64,000 bases of DNA, taken from positions 34,226,001 through 34,290,000 of the forward strand of contig CM097885.1 of the NCBI GenBank assembly GCA_044892525.1, read 5' to 3'. The DNA comes from Schmidtea polychroa. Taxonomy: Eukaryota. Every line of letters begins with the position of its first letter. Positions within the stretch are counted from its first letter, which is position 1. The notes below the pieces were generated by a model. The model saw only the letters and a list, made by a program, of their open reading frames with translations. It made no database searches and was not told where the DNA came from. Made by a program: the position numbers and the translations under genes. Positions 38,101 through 53,100 of this stretch are shown here, one piece after another.

Positions 38101-41100
38101 ATCAAACACCAATCTTATTTCCAACGTTCAAATTCATTATCATTTGAATTCAGATCAATATAATATTTCAATTTCAATATTTGACAAGTGACATAAATTT
38201 TTTCAAAAATTTAATTGCCGCGAACCGGGATCGAACCAGTGACCTTTAGATCTTCAGTCTAACGCTCTCCCAACTGAGCTATCGCGGCTTATTTACAATA
38301 ACAGACATCAGCTCATCACTGGTAAATTCCACTAGAGCTTTATTTTCAAATTTTCATCAAACACCAATCTTATTTCCAACGTTCAAATTCATTATCATTT
38401 GAATTCAGATCAATATAATATTTCAATTTCAATATTTGACAAGTGACATAAATTTTTTCAAAAATTTAATTGCCGCGAACCGGGATCGAACCAGTGACCT
38501 TTAGATCTTCAGTCTAACGCTCTCCCAACTGAGCTATCGCGGCTTATTTACAATAACAGACATCAGCTCATCACTGGTAAATTCCACTAGAGCTTTATTT
38601 TCAAATTTTCATCAAACACCAATCTTATTTCCAACGTTCAAATTCATTATCATTTGAATTCAGATCAATATAATATTTCAATTTCAATATTTGACAAGTG
38701 ACATAAATTTTTTCAAAAATTTAATTGCCGCGAACCGGGATCGAACCAGTGACCTTTAGATCTTCAGTCTAACGCTCTCCCAACTGAGCTATCGCGGCTT
38801 ATTTACAATAACAGACATCAGCTCATCACTGGTAAATTCCACTAGAGCTTTATTTTCAAATTTTCATCAAACACCAATCTTATTTCCAACGTTCAAATTC
38901 ATTATCATTTGAATTCAGATCAATATAATATTTCAATTTCAATATTTGACAAGTGACATAAATTTTTTCAAAAATTTAATTGCCGCGAACCGGGATCGAA
39001 CCAGTGACCTTTAGATCTTCAGTCTAACGCTCTCCCAACTGAGCTATCGCGGCTTATTTACAATAACAGACATCAGCTCATCACTGGTAAATTCCACTAG
39101 AGCTTTATTTTCAAATTTTCATCAAACACCAATCTTATTTCCAACGTTCAAATTCATTATCATTTGAATTCAGATCAATATAATATTTCAATTTCAATAT
39201 TTGACAAGTGACATAAATTTTTTCAAAAATTTAATTGCCGCGAACCGGGATCGAACCAGTGACCTTTAGATCTTCAGTCTAACGCTCTCCCAACTGAGCT
39301 ATCGCGGCTTATTTACAATAACAGACATCAGCTCATCACTGGTAAATTCCACTAGAGCTTTATTTTCAAATTTTCATCAAACACCAATCTTATTTCCAAC
39401 GTTCAAATTCATTATCATTTGAATTCAGATCAATATAATATTTCAATTTCAATATTTGACAAGTGACATAAATTTTTTCAAAAATTTAATTGCCGCGAAC
39501 CGGGATCGAACCAGTGACCTTTAGATCTTCAGTCTAACGCTCTCCCAACTGAGCTATCGCGGCTTATTTACAATAACAGACATCAGCTCATCACTGGTAA
39601 ATTCCACTAGAGCTTTATTTTCAAATTTTCATCAAACACCAATCTTATTTCCAACGTTCAAATTCATTATCATTTGAATTCAGATCAATATAATATTTCA
39701 ATTTCAATATTTGACAAGTGACATAAATTTTTTCAAAAATTTAATTGCCGCGAACCGGGATCGAACCAGTGACCTTTAGATCTTCAGTCTAACGCTCTCC
39801 CAACTGAGCTATCGCGGCTTATTTACAATAACAGACATCAGCTCATCACTGGTAAATTCCACTAGAGCTTTATTTTCAAATTTTCATCAAACACCAATCT
39901 TATTTCCAACGTTCAAATTCATTATCATTTGAATTCAGATCAATATAATATTTCAATTTCAATATTTGACAAGTGACATAAATTTTTTCAAAAATTTAAT
40001 TGCCGCGAACCGGGATCGAACCAGTGACCTTTAGATCTTCAGTCTAACGCTCTCCCAACTGAGCTATCGCGGCTTATTTACAATAACAGACATCAGCTCA
40101 TCACTGGTAAATTCCACTAGAGCTTTATTTTCAAATTTTCATCAAACACCAATCTTATTTCCAACGTTCAAATTCATTATCATTTGAATTCAGATCAATA
40201 TAATATTTCAATTTCAATATTTGACAAGTGACATAAATTTTTTCAAAAATTTAATTGCCGCGAACCGGGATCGAACCAGTGACCTTTAGATCTTCAGTCT
40301 AACGCTCTCCCAACTGAGCTATCGCGGCTTATTTACAATAACAGACATCAGCTCATCACTGGTAAATTCCACTAGAGCTTTATTTTCAAATTTTCATCAA
40401 ACACCAATCTTATTTCCAACGTTCAAATTCATTATCATTTGAATTCAGATCAATATAATATTTCAATTTCAATATTTGACAAGTGACATAAATTTTTTCA
40501 AAAATTTAATTGCCGCGAACCGGGATCGAACCAGTGACCTTTAGATCTTCAGTCTAACGCTCTCCCAACTGAGCTATCGCGGCTTATTTACAATAACAGA
40601 CATCAGCTCATCACTGGTAAATTCCACTAGAGCTTTATTTTCAAATTTTCATCAAACACCAATCTTATTTCCAACGTTCAAATTCATTATCATTTGAATT
40701 CAGATCAATATAATATTTCAATTTCAATATTTGACAAGTGACATAAATTTTTTCAAAAATTTAATTGCCGCGAACCGGGATCGAACCAGTGACCTTTAGA
40801 TCTTCAGTCTAACGCTCTCCCAACTGAGCTATCGCGGCTTATTTACAATAACAGACATCAGCTCATCACTGGTAAATTCCACTAGAGCTTTATTTTCAAA
40901 TTTTCATCAAACACCAATCTTATTTCCAACGTTCAAATTCATTATCATTTGAATTCAGATCAATATAATATTTCAATTTCAATATTTGACAAGTGACATA
41001 AATTTTTTCAAAAATTTAATTGCCGCGAACCGGGATCGAACCAGTGACCTTTAGATCTTCAGTCTAACGCTCTCCCAACTGAGCTATCGCGGCTTATTTA

Positions 41101-44100
41101 CAATAACAGACATCAGCTCATCACTGGTAAATTCCACTAGAGCTTTATTTTCAAATTTTCATCAAACACCAATCTTATTTCCAACGTTCAAATTCATTAT
41201 CATTTGAATTCAGATCAATATAATATTTCAATTTCAATATTTGACAAGTGACATAAATTTTTTCAAAAATTTAATTGCCGCGAACCGGGATCGAACCAGT
41301 GACCTTTAGATCTTCAGTCTAACGCTCTCCCAACTGAGCTATCGCGGCTTATTTACAATAACAGACATCAGCTCATCACTGGTAAATTCCACTAGAGCTT
41401 TATTTTCAAATTTTCATCAAACACCAATCTTATTTCCAACGTTCAAATTCATTATCATTTGAATTCAGATCAATATAATATTTCAATTTCAATATTTGAC
41501 AAGTGACATAAATTTTTTCAAAAATTTAATTGCCGCGAACCGGGATCGAACCAGTGACCTTTAGATCTTCAGTCTAACGCTCTCCCAACTGAGCTATCGC
41601 GGCTTATTTACAATAACAGACATCAGCTCATCACTGGTAAATTCCACTAGAGCTTTATTTTCAAATTTTCATCAAACACCAATCTTATTTCCAACGTTCA
41701 AATTCATTATCATTTGAATTCAGATCAATATAATATTTCAATTTCAATATTTGACAAGTGACATAAATTTTTTCAAAAATTTAATTGCCGCGAACCGGGA
41801 TCGAACCAGTGACCTTTAGATCTTCAGTCTAACGCTCTCCCAACTGAGCTATCGCGGCTTATTTACAATAACAGACATCAGCTCATCACTGGTAAATTCC
41901 ACTAGAGCTTTATTTTCAAATTTTCATCAAACACCAATCTTATTTCCAACGTTCAAATTCATTATCATTTGAATTCAGATCAATATAATATTTCAATTTC
42001 AATATTTGACAAGTGACATAAATTTTTTCAAAAATTTAATTGCCGCGAACCGGGATCGAACCAGTGACCTTTAGATCTTCAGTCTAACGCTCTCCCAACT
42101 GAGCTATCGCGGCTTATTTACAATAACAGACATCAGCTCATCACTGGTAAATTCCACTAGAGCTTTATTTTCAAATTTTCATCAAACACCAATCTTATTT
42201 CCAACGTTCAAATTCATTATCATTTGAATTCAGATCAATATAATATTTCAATTTCAATATTTGACAAGTGACATAAATTTTTTCAAAAATTTAATTGCCG
42301 CGAACCGGGATCGAACCAGTGACCTTTAGATCTTCAGTCTAACGCTCTCCCAACTGAGCTATCGCGGCTTATTTACAATAACAGACATCAGCTCATCACT
42401 GGTAAATTCCACTAGAGCTTTATTTTCAAATTTTCATCAAACACCAATCTTATTTCCAACGTTCAAATTCATTATCATTTGAATTCAGATCAATATAATA
42501 TTTCAATTTCAATATTTGACAAGTGACATAAATTTTTTCAAAAATTTAATTGCCGCGAACCGGGATCGAACCAGTGACCTTTAGATCTTCAGTCTAACGC
42601 TCTCCCAACTGAGCTATCGCGGCTTATTTACAATAACAGACATCAGCTCATCACTGGTAAATTCCACTAGAGCTTTATTTTCAAATTTTCATCAAACACC
42701 AATCTTATTTCCAACGTTCAAATTCATTATCATTTGAATTCAGATCAATATAATATTTCAATTTCAATATTTGACAAGTGACATAAATTTTTTCAAAAAT
42801 TTAATTGCCGCGAACCGGGATCGAACCAGTGACCTTTAGATCTTCAGTCTAACGCTCTCCCAACTGAGCTATCGCGGCTTATTTACAATAACAGACATCA
42901 GCTCATCACTGGTAAATTCCACTAGAGCTTTATTTTCAAATTTTCATCAAACACCAATCTTATTTCCAACGTTCAAATTCATTATCATTTGAATTCAGAT
43001 CAATATAATATTTCAATTTCAATATTTGACAAGTGACATAAATTTTTTCAAAAATTTAATTGCCGCGAACCGGGATCGAACCAGTGACCTTTAGATCTTC
43101 AGTCTAACGCTCTCCCAACTGAGCTATCGCGGCTTATTTACAATAACAGACATCAGCTCATCACTGGTAAATTCCACTAGAGCTTTATTTTCAAATTTTC
43201 ATCAAACACCAATCTTATTTCCAACGTTCAAATTCATTATCATTTGAATTCAGATCAATATAATATTTCAATTTCAATATTTGACAAGTGACATAAATTT
43301 TTTCAAAAATTTAATTGCCGCGAACCGGGATCGAACCAGTGACCTTTAGATCTTCAGTCTAACGCTCTCCCAACTGAGCTATCGCGGCTTATTTACAATA
43401 ACAGACATCAGCTCATCACTGGTAAATTCCACTAGAGCTTTATTTTCAAATTTTCATCAAACACCAATCTTATTTCCAACGTTCAAATTCATTATCATTT
43501 GAATTCAGATCAATATAATATTTCAATTTCAATATTTGACAAGTGACATAAATTTTTTCAAAAATTTAATTGCCGCGAACCGGGATCGAACCAGTGACCT
43601 TTAGATCTTCAGTCTAACGCTCTCCCAACTGAGCTATCGCGGCTTATTTACAATAACAGACATCAGCTCATCACTGGTAAATTCCACTAGAGCTTTATTT
43701 TCAAATTTTCATCAAACACCAATCTTATTTCCAACGTTCAAATTCATTATCATTTGAATTCAGATCAATATAATATTTCAATTTCAATATTTGACAAGTG
43801 ACATAAATTTTTTCAAAAATTTAATTGCCGCGAACCGGGATCGAACCAGTGACCTTTAGATCTTCAGTCTAACGCTCTCCCAACTGAGCTATCGCGGCTT
43901 ATTTACAATAACAGACATCAGCTCATCACTGGTAAATTCCACTAGAGCTTTATTTTCAAATTTTCATCAAACACCAATCTTATTTCCAACGTTCAAATTC
44001 ATTATCATTTGAATTCAGATCAATATAATATTTCAATTTCAATATTTGACAAGTGACATAAATTTTTTCAAAAATTTAATTGCCGCGAACCGGGATCGAA

Positions 44101-47100
44101 CCAGTGACCTTTAGATCTTCAGTCTAACGCTCTCCCAACTGAGCTATCGCGGCTTATTTACAATAACAGACATCAGCTCATCACTGGTAAATTCCACTAG
44201 AGCTTTATTTTCAAATTTTCATCAAACACCAATCTTATTTCCAACGTTCAAATTCATTATCATTTGAATTCAGATCAATATAATATTTCAATTTCAATAT
44301 TTGACAAGTGACATAAATTTTTTCAAAAATTTAATTGCCGCGAACCGGGATCGAACCAGTGACCTTTAGATCTTCAGTCTAACGCTCTCCCAACTGAGCT
44401 ATCGCGGCTTATTTACAATAACAGACATCAGCTCATCACTGGTAAATTCCACTAGAGCTTTATTTTCAAATTTTCATCAAACACCAATCTTATTTCCAAC
44501 GTTCAAATTCATTATCATTTGAATTCAGATCAATATAATATTTCAATTTCAATATTTGACAAGTGACATAAATTTTTTCAAAAATTTAATTGCCGCGAAC
44601 CGGGATCGAACCAGTGACCTTTAGATCTTCAGTCTAACGCTCTCCCAACTGAGCTATCGCGGCTTATTTACAATAACAGACATCAGCTCATCACTGGTAA
44701 ATTCCACTAGAGCTTTATTTTCAAATTTTCATCAAACACCAATCTTATTTCCAACGTTCAAATTCATTATCATTTGAATTCAGATCAATATAATATTTCA
44801 ATTTCAATATTTGACAAGTGACATAAATTTTTTCAAAAATTTAATTGCCGCGAACCGGGATCGAACCAGTGACCTTTAGATCTTCAGTCTAACGCTCTCC
44901 CAACTGAGCTATCGCGGCTTATTTACAATAACAGACATCAGCTCATCACTGGTAAATTCCACTAGAGCTTTATTTTCAAATTTTCATCAAACACCAATCT
45001 TATTTCCAACGTTCAAATTCATTATCATTTGAATTCAGATCAATATAATATTTCAATTTCAATATTTGACAAGTGACATAAATTTTTTCAAAAATTTAAT
45101 TGCCGCGAACCGGGATCGAACCAGTGACCTTTAGATCTTCAGTCTAACGCTCTCCCAACTGAGCTATCGCGGCTTATTTACAATAACAGACATCAGCTCA
45201 TCACTGGTAAATTCCACTAGAGCTTTATTTTCAAATTTTCATCAAACACCAATCTTATTTCCAACGTTCAAATTCATTATCATTTGAATTCAGATCAATA
45301 TAATATTTCAATTTCAATATTTGACAAGTGACATAAATTTTTTCAAAAATTTAATTGCCGCGAACCGGGATCGAACCAGTGACCTTTAGATCTTCAGTCT
45401 AACGCTCTCCCAACTGAGCTATCGCGGCTTATTTACAATAACAGACATCAGCTCATCACTGGTAAATTCCACTAGAGCTTTATTTTCAAATTTTCATCAA
45501 ACACCAATCTTATTTCCAACGTTCAAATTCATTATCATTTGAATTCAGATCAATATAATATTTCAATTTCAATATTTGACAAGTGACATAAATTTTTTCA
45601 AAAATTTAATTGCCGCGAACCGGGATCGAACCAGTGACCTTTAGATCTTCAGTCTAACGCTCTCCCAACTGAGCTATCGCGGCTTATTTACAATAACAGA
45701 CATCAGCTCATCACTGGTAAATTCCACTAGAGCTTTATTTTCAAATTTTCATCAAACACCAATCTTATTTCCAACGTTCAAATTCATTATCATTTGAATT
45801 CAGATCAATATAATATTTCAATTTCAATATTTGACAAGTGACATAAATTTTTTCAAAAATTTAATTGCCGCGAACCGGGATCGAACCAGTGACCTTTAGA
45901 TCTTCAGTCTAACGCTCTCCCAACTGAGCTATCGCGGCTTATTTACAATAACAGACATCAGCTCATCACTGGTAAATTCCACTAGAGCTTTATTTTCAAA
46001 TTTTCATCAAACACCAATCTTATTTCCAACGTTCAAATTCATTATCATTTGAATTCAGATCAATATAATATTTCAATTTCAATATTTGACAAGTGACATA
46101 AATTTTTTCAAAAATTTAATTGCCGCGAACCGGGATCGAACCAGTGACCTTTAGATCTTCAGTCTAACGCTCTCCCAACTGAGCTATCGCGGCTTATTTA
46201 CAATAACAGACATCAGCTCATCACTGGTAAATTCCACTAGAGCTTTATTTTCAAATTTTCATCAAACACCAATCTTATTTCCAACGTTCAAATTCATTAT
46301 CATTTGAATTCAGATCAATATACTATTTCAATTTCAATATTTGACAAGTGACATAAATTTTTTCAAAAATTTAATTGCCGCGAACCGGGATCGAACCAGT
46401 GACCTTTAGATCTTCAGTCTAACGCTCTCCCAACTGAGCTATCGCGGCTTATTTACAATAACAGACATCAGCTCATCACTGGTAAATTCCACTAGAGCTT
46501 TATTTTCAAATTTTCATCAAACACCAATCTTATTTCCAACGTTCAAATTCATTATCATTTGAATTCAGATCAATATAATATTTCAATTTCAATATTTGAC
46601 AAGTGACATAAATTTTTTCAAAAATTTAATTGCCGCGAACCGGGATCGAACCAGTGACCTTTAGATCTTCAGTCTAACGCTCTCCCAACTGAGCTATCGC
46701 GGCTTATTTACAATAACAGACATCAGCTCATCACTGGTAAATTCCACTAGAGCTTTATTTTCAAATTTTCATCAAACACCAATCTTATTTCCAACGTTCA
46801 AATTCATTATCATTTGAATTCAGATCAATATAATATTTCAATTTCAATATTTGACAAGTGACATAAATTTTTTCAAAAATTTAATTGCCGCGAACCGGGA
46901 TCGAACCAGTGACCTTTAGATCTTCAGTCTAACGCTCTCCCAACTGAGCTATCGCGGCTTATTTACAATAACAGACATCAGCTCATCACTGGTAAATTCC
47001 ACTAGAGCTTTATTTTCAAATTTTCATCAAACACCAATCTTATTTCCAACGTTCAAATTCATTATCATTTGAATTCAGATCAATATAATATTTCAATTTC

Positions 47101-50100
47101 AATATTTGACAAGTGACATAAATTTTTTCAAAAATTTAATTGCCGCGAACCGGGATCGAACCAGTGACCTTTAGATCTTCAGTCTAACGCTCTCCCAACT
47201 GAGCTATCGCGGCTTATTTACAATAACAGACATCAGCTCATCACTGGTAAATTCCACTAGAGCTTTATTTTCAAATTTTCATCAAACACCAATCTTATTT
47301 CCAACGTTCAAATTCATTATCATTTGAATTCAGATCAATATAATATTTCAATTTCAATATTTGACAAGTGACATAAATTTTTTCAAAAATTTAATTGCCG
47401 CGAACCGGGATCGAACCAGTGACCTTTAGATCTTCAGTCTAACGCTCTCCCAACTGAGCTATCGCGGCTTATTTACAATAACAGACATCAGCTCATCACT
47501 GGTAAATTCCACTAGAGCTTTATTTTCAAATTTTCATCAAACACCAATCTTATTTCCAACGTTCAAATTCATTATCATTTGAATTCAGATCAATATAATA
47601 TTTCAATTTCAATATTTGACAAGTGACATAAATTTTTTCAAAAATTTAATTGCCGCGAACCGGGATCGAACCAGTGACCTTTAGATCTTCAGTCTAACGC
47701 TCTCCCAACTGAGCTATCGCGGCTTATTTACAATAACAGACATCAGCTCATCACTGGTAAATTCCACTAGAGCTTTATTTTCAAATTTTCATCAAACACC
47801 AATCTTATTTCCAACGTTCAAATTCATTATCATTTGAATTCAGATCAATATAATATTTCAATTTCAATATTTGACAAGTGACATAAATTTTTTCAAAAAT
47901 TTAATTGCCGCGAACCGGGATCGAACCAGTGACCTTTAGATCTTCAGTCTAACGCTCTCCCAACTGAGCTATCGCGGCTTATTTACAATAACAGACATCA
48001 GCTCATCACTGGTAAATTCCACTAGAGCTTTATTTTCAAATTTTCATCAAACACCAATCTTATTTCCAACGTTCAAATTCATTATCATTTGAATTCAGAT
48101 CAATATAATATTTCAATTTCAATATTTGACAAGTGACATAAATTTTTTCAAAAATTTAATTGCCGCGAACCGGGATCGAACCAGTGACCTTTAGATCTTC
48201 AGTCTAACGCTCTCCCAACTGAGCTATCGCGGCTTATTTACAATAACAGACATCAGCTCATCACTGGTAAATTCCACTAGAGCTTTATTTTCAAATTTTC
48301 ATCAAACACCAATCTTATTTCCAACGTTCAAATTCATTATCATTTGAATTCAGATCAATATAATATTTCAATTTCAATATTTGACAAGTGACATAAATTT
48401 TTTCAAAAATTTAATTGCCGCGAACCGGGATCGAACCAGTGACCTTTAGATCTTCAGTCTAACGCTCTCCCAACTGAGCTATCGCGGCTTATTTACAATA
48501 ACAGACATCAGCTCATCACTGGTAAATTCCACTAGAGCTTTATTTTCAAATTTTCATCAAACACCAATCTTATTTCCAACGTTCAAATTCATTATCATTT
48601 GAATTCAGATCAATATAATATTTCAATTTCAATATTTGACAAGTGACATAAATTTTTTCAAAAATTTAATTGCCGCGAACCGGGATCGAACCAGTGACCT
48701 TTAGATCTTCAGTCTAACGCTCTCCCAACTGAGCTATCGCGGCTTATTTACAATAACAGACATCAGCTCATCACTGGTAAATTCCACTAGAGCTTTATTT
48801 TCAAATTTTCATCAAACACCAATCTTATTTCCAACGTTCAAATTCATTATCATTTGAATTCAGATCAATATAATATTTCAATTTCAATATTTGACAAGTG
48901 ACATAAATTTTTTCAAAAATTTAATTGCCGCGAACCGGGATCGAACCAGTGACCTTTAGATCTTCAGTCTAACGCTCTCCCAACTGAGCTATCGCGGCTT
49001 ATTTACAATAACAGACATCAGCTCATCACTGGTAAATTCCACTAGAGCTTTATTTTCAAATTTTCATCAAACACCAATCTTATTTCCAACGTTCAAATTC
49101 ATTATCATTTGAATTCAGATCAATATAATATTTCAATTTCAATATTTGACAAGTGACATAAATTTTTTCAAAAATTTAATTGCCGCGAACCGGGATCGAA
49201 CCAGTGACCTTTAGATCTTCAGTCTAACGCTCTCCCAACTGAGCTATCGCGGCTTATTTACAATAACAGACATCAGCTCATCACTGGTAAATTCCACTAG
49301 AGCTTTATTTTCAAATTTTCATCAAACACCAATCTTATTTCCAACGTTCAAATTCATTATCATTTGAATTCAGATCAATATAATATTTCAATTTCAATAT
49401 TTGACAAGTGACATAAATTTTTTCAAAAATTTAATTGCCGCGAACCGGGATCGAACCAGTGACCTTTAGATCTTCAGTCTAACGCTCTCCCAACTGAGCT
49501 ATCGCGGCTTATTTACAATAACAGACATCAGCTCATCACTGGTAAATTCCACTAGAGCTTTATTTTCAAATTTTCATCAAACACCAATCTTATTTCCAAC
49601 GTTCAAATTCATTATCATTTGAATTCAGATCAATATAATATTTCAATTTCAATATTTGACAAGTGACATAAATTTTTTCAAAAATTTAATTGCCGCGAAC
49701 CGGGATCGAACCAGTGACCTTTAGATCTTCAGTCTAACGCTCTCCCAACTGAGCTATCGCGGCTTATTTACAATAACAGACATCAGCTCATCACTGGTAA
49801 ATTCCACTAGAGCTTTATTTTCAAATTTTCATCAAACACCAATCTTATTTCCAACGTTCAAATTCATTATCATTTGAATTCAGATCAATATAATATTTCA
49901 ATTTCAATATTTGACAAGTGACATAAATTTTTTCAAAAATTTAATTGCCGCGAACCGGGATCGAACCAGTGACCTTTAGATCTTCAGTCTAACGCTCTCC
50001 CAACTGAGCTATCGCGGCTTATTTACAATAACAGACATCAGCTCATCACTGGTAAATTCCACTAGAGCTTTATTTTCAAATTTTCATCAAACACCAATCT

Positions 50101-53100
50101 TATTTCCAACGTTCAAATTCATTATCATTTGAATTCAGATCAATATAATATTTCAATTTCAATATTTGACAAGTGACATAAATTTTTTCAAAAATTTAAT
50201 TGCCGCGAACCGGGATCGAACCAGTGACCTTTAGATCTTCAGTCTAACGCTCTCCCAACTGAGCTATCGCGGCTTATTTACAATAACAGACATCAGCTCA
50301 TCACTGGTAAATTCCACTAGAGCTTTATTTTCAAATTTTCATCAAACACCAATCTTATTTCCAACGTTCAAATTCATTATCATTTGAATTCAGATCAATA
50401 TAATATTTCAATTTCAATATTTGACAAGTGACATAAATTTTTTCAAAAATTTAATTGCCGCGAACCGGGATCGAACCAGTGACCTTTAGATCTTCAGTCT
50501 AACGCTCTCCCAACTGAGCTATCGCGGCTTATTTACAATAACAGACATCAGCTCATCACTGGTAAATTCCACTAGAGCTTTATTTTCAAATTTTCATCAA
50601 ACACCAATCTTATTTCCAACGTTCAAATTCATTATCATTTGAATTCAGATCAATATAATATTTCAATTTCAATATTTGACAAGTGACATAAATTTTTTCA
50701 AAAATTTAATTGCCGCGAACCGGGATCGAACCAGTGACCTTTAGATCTTCAGTCTAACGCTCTCCCAACTGAGCTATCGCGGCTTATTTACAATAACAGA
50801 CATCAGCTCATCACTGGTAAATTCCACTAGAGCTTTATTTTCAAATTTTCATCAAACACCAATCTTATTTCCAACGTTCAAATTCATTATCATTTGAATT
50901 CAGATCAATATAATATTTCAATTTCAATATTTGACAAGTGACATAAATTTTTTCAAAAATTTAATTGCCGCGAACCGGGATCGAACCAGTGACCTTTAGA
51001 TCTTCAGTCTAACGCTCTCCCAACTGAGCTATCGCGGCTTATTTACAATAACAGACATCAGCTCATCACTGGTAAATTCCACTAGAGCTTTATTTTCAAA
51101 TTTTCATCAAACACCAATCTTATTTCCAACGTTCAAATTCATTATCATTTGAATTCAGATCAATATAATATTTCAATTTCAATATTTGACAAGTGACATA
51201 AATTTTTTCAAAAATTTAATTGCCGCGAACCGGGATCGAACCAGTGACCTTTAGATCTTCAGTCTAACGCTCTCCCAACTGAGCTATCGCGGCTTATTTA
51301 CAATAACAGACATCAGCTCATCACTGGTAAATTCCACTAGAGCTTTATTTTCAAATTTTCATCAAACACCAATCTTATTTCCAACGTTCAAATTCATTAT
51401 CATTTGAATTCAGATCAATATAATATTTCAATTTCAATATTTGACAAGTGACATAAATTTTTTCAAAAATTTAATTGCCGCGAACCGGGATCGAACCAGT
51501 GACCTTTAGATCTTCAGTCTAACGCTCTCCCAACTGAGCTATCGCGGCTTATTTACAATAACAGACATCAGCTCATCACTGGTAAATTCCACTAGAGCTT
51601 TATTTTCAAATTTTCATCAAACACCAATCTTATTTCCAACGTTCAAATTCATTATCATTTGAATTCAGATCAATATAATATTTCAATTTCAATATTTGAC
51701 AAGTGACATAAATTTTTTCAAAAATTTAATTGCCGCGAACCGGGATCGAACCAGTGACCTTTAGATCTTCAGTCTAACGCTCTCCCAACTGAGCTATCGC
51801 GGCTTATTTACAATAACAGACATCAGCTCATCACTGGTAAATTCCACTAGAGCTTTATTTTCAAATTTTCATCAAACACCAATCTTATTTCCAACGTTCA
51901 AATTCATTATCATTTGAATTCAGATCAATATAATATTTCAATTTCAATATTTGACAAGTGACATAAATTTTTTCAAAAATTTAATTGCCGCGAACCGGGA
52001 TCGAACCAGTGACCTTTAGATCTTCAGTCTAACGCTCTCCCAACTGAGCTATCGCGGCTTATTTACAATAACAGACATCAGCTCATCACTGGTAAATTCC
52101 ACTAGAGCTTTATTTTCAAATTTTCATCAAACACCAATCTTATTTCCAACGTTCAAATTCATTATCATTTGAATTCAGATCAATATAATATTTCAATTTC
52201 AATATTTGACAAGTGACATAAATTTTTTCAAAAATTTAATTGCCGCGAACCGGGATCGAACCAGTGACCTTTAGATCTTCAGTCTAACGCTCTCCCAACT
52301 GAGCTATCGCGGCTTATTTACAATAACAGACATCAGCTCATCACTGGTAAATTCCACTAGAGCTTTATTTTCAAATTTTCATCAAACACCAATCTTATTT
52401 CCAACGTTCAAATTCATTATCATTTGAATTCAGATCAATATAATATTTCAATTTCAATATTTGACAAGTGACATAAATTTTTTCAAAAATTTAATTGCCG
52501 CGAACCGGGATCGAACCAGTGACCTTTAGATCTTCAGTCTAACGCTCTCCCAACTGAGCTATCGCGGCTTATTTACAATAACAGACATCAGCTCATCACT
52601 GGTAAATTCCACTAGAGCTTTATTTTCAAATTTTCATCAAACACCAATCTTATTTCCAACGTTCAAATTCATTATCATTTGAATTCAGATCAATATAATA
52701 TTTCAATTTCAATATTTGACAAGTGACATAAATTTTTTCAAAAATTTAATTGCCGCGAACCGGGATCGAACCAGTGACCTTTAGATCTTCAGTCTAACGC
52801 TCTCCCAACTGAGCTATCGCGGCTTATTTACAATAACAGACATCAGCTCATCACTGGTAAATTCCACTAGAGCTTTATTTTCAAATTTTCATCAAACACC
52901 AATCTTATTTCCAACGTTCAAATTCATTATCATTTGAATTCAGATCAATATAATATTTCAATTTCAATATTTGACAAGTGACATAAATTTTTTCAAAAAT
53001 TTAATTGCCGCGAACCGGGATCGAACCAGTGACCTTTAGATCTTCAGTCTAACGCTCTCCCAACTGAGCTATCGCGGCTTATTTACAATAACAGACATCA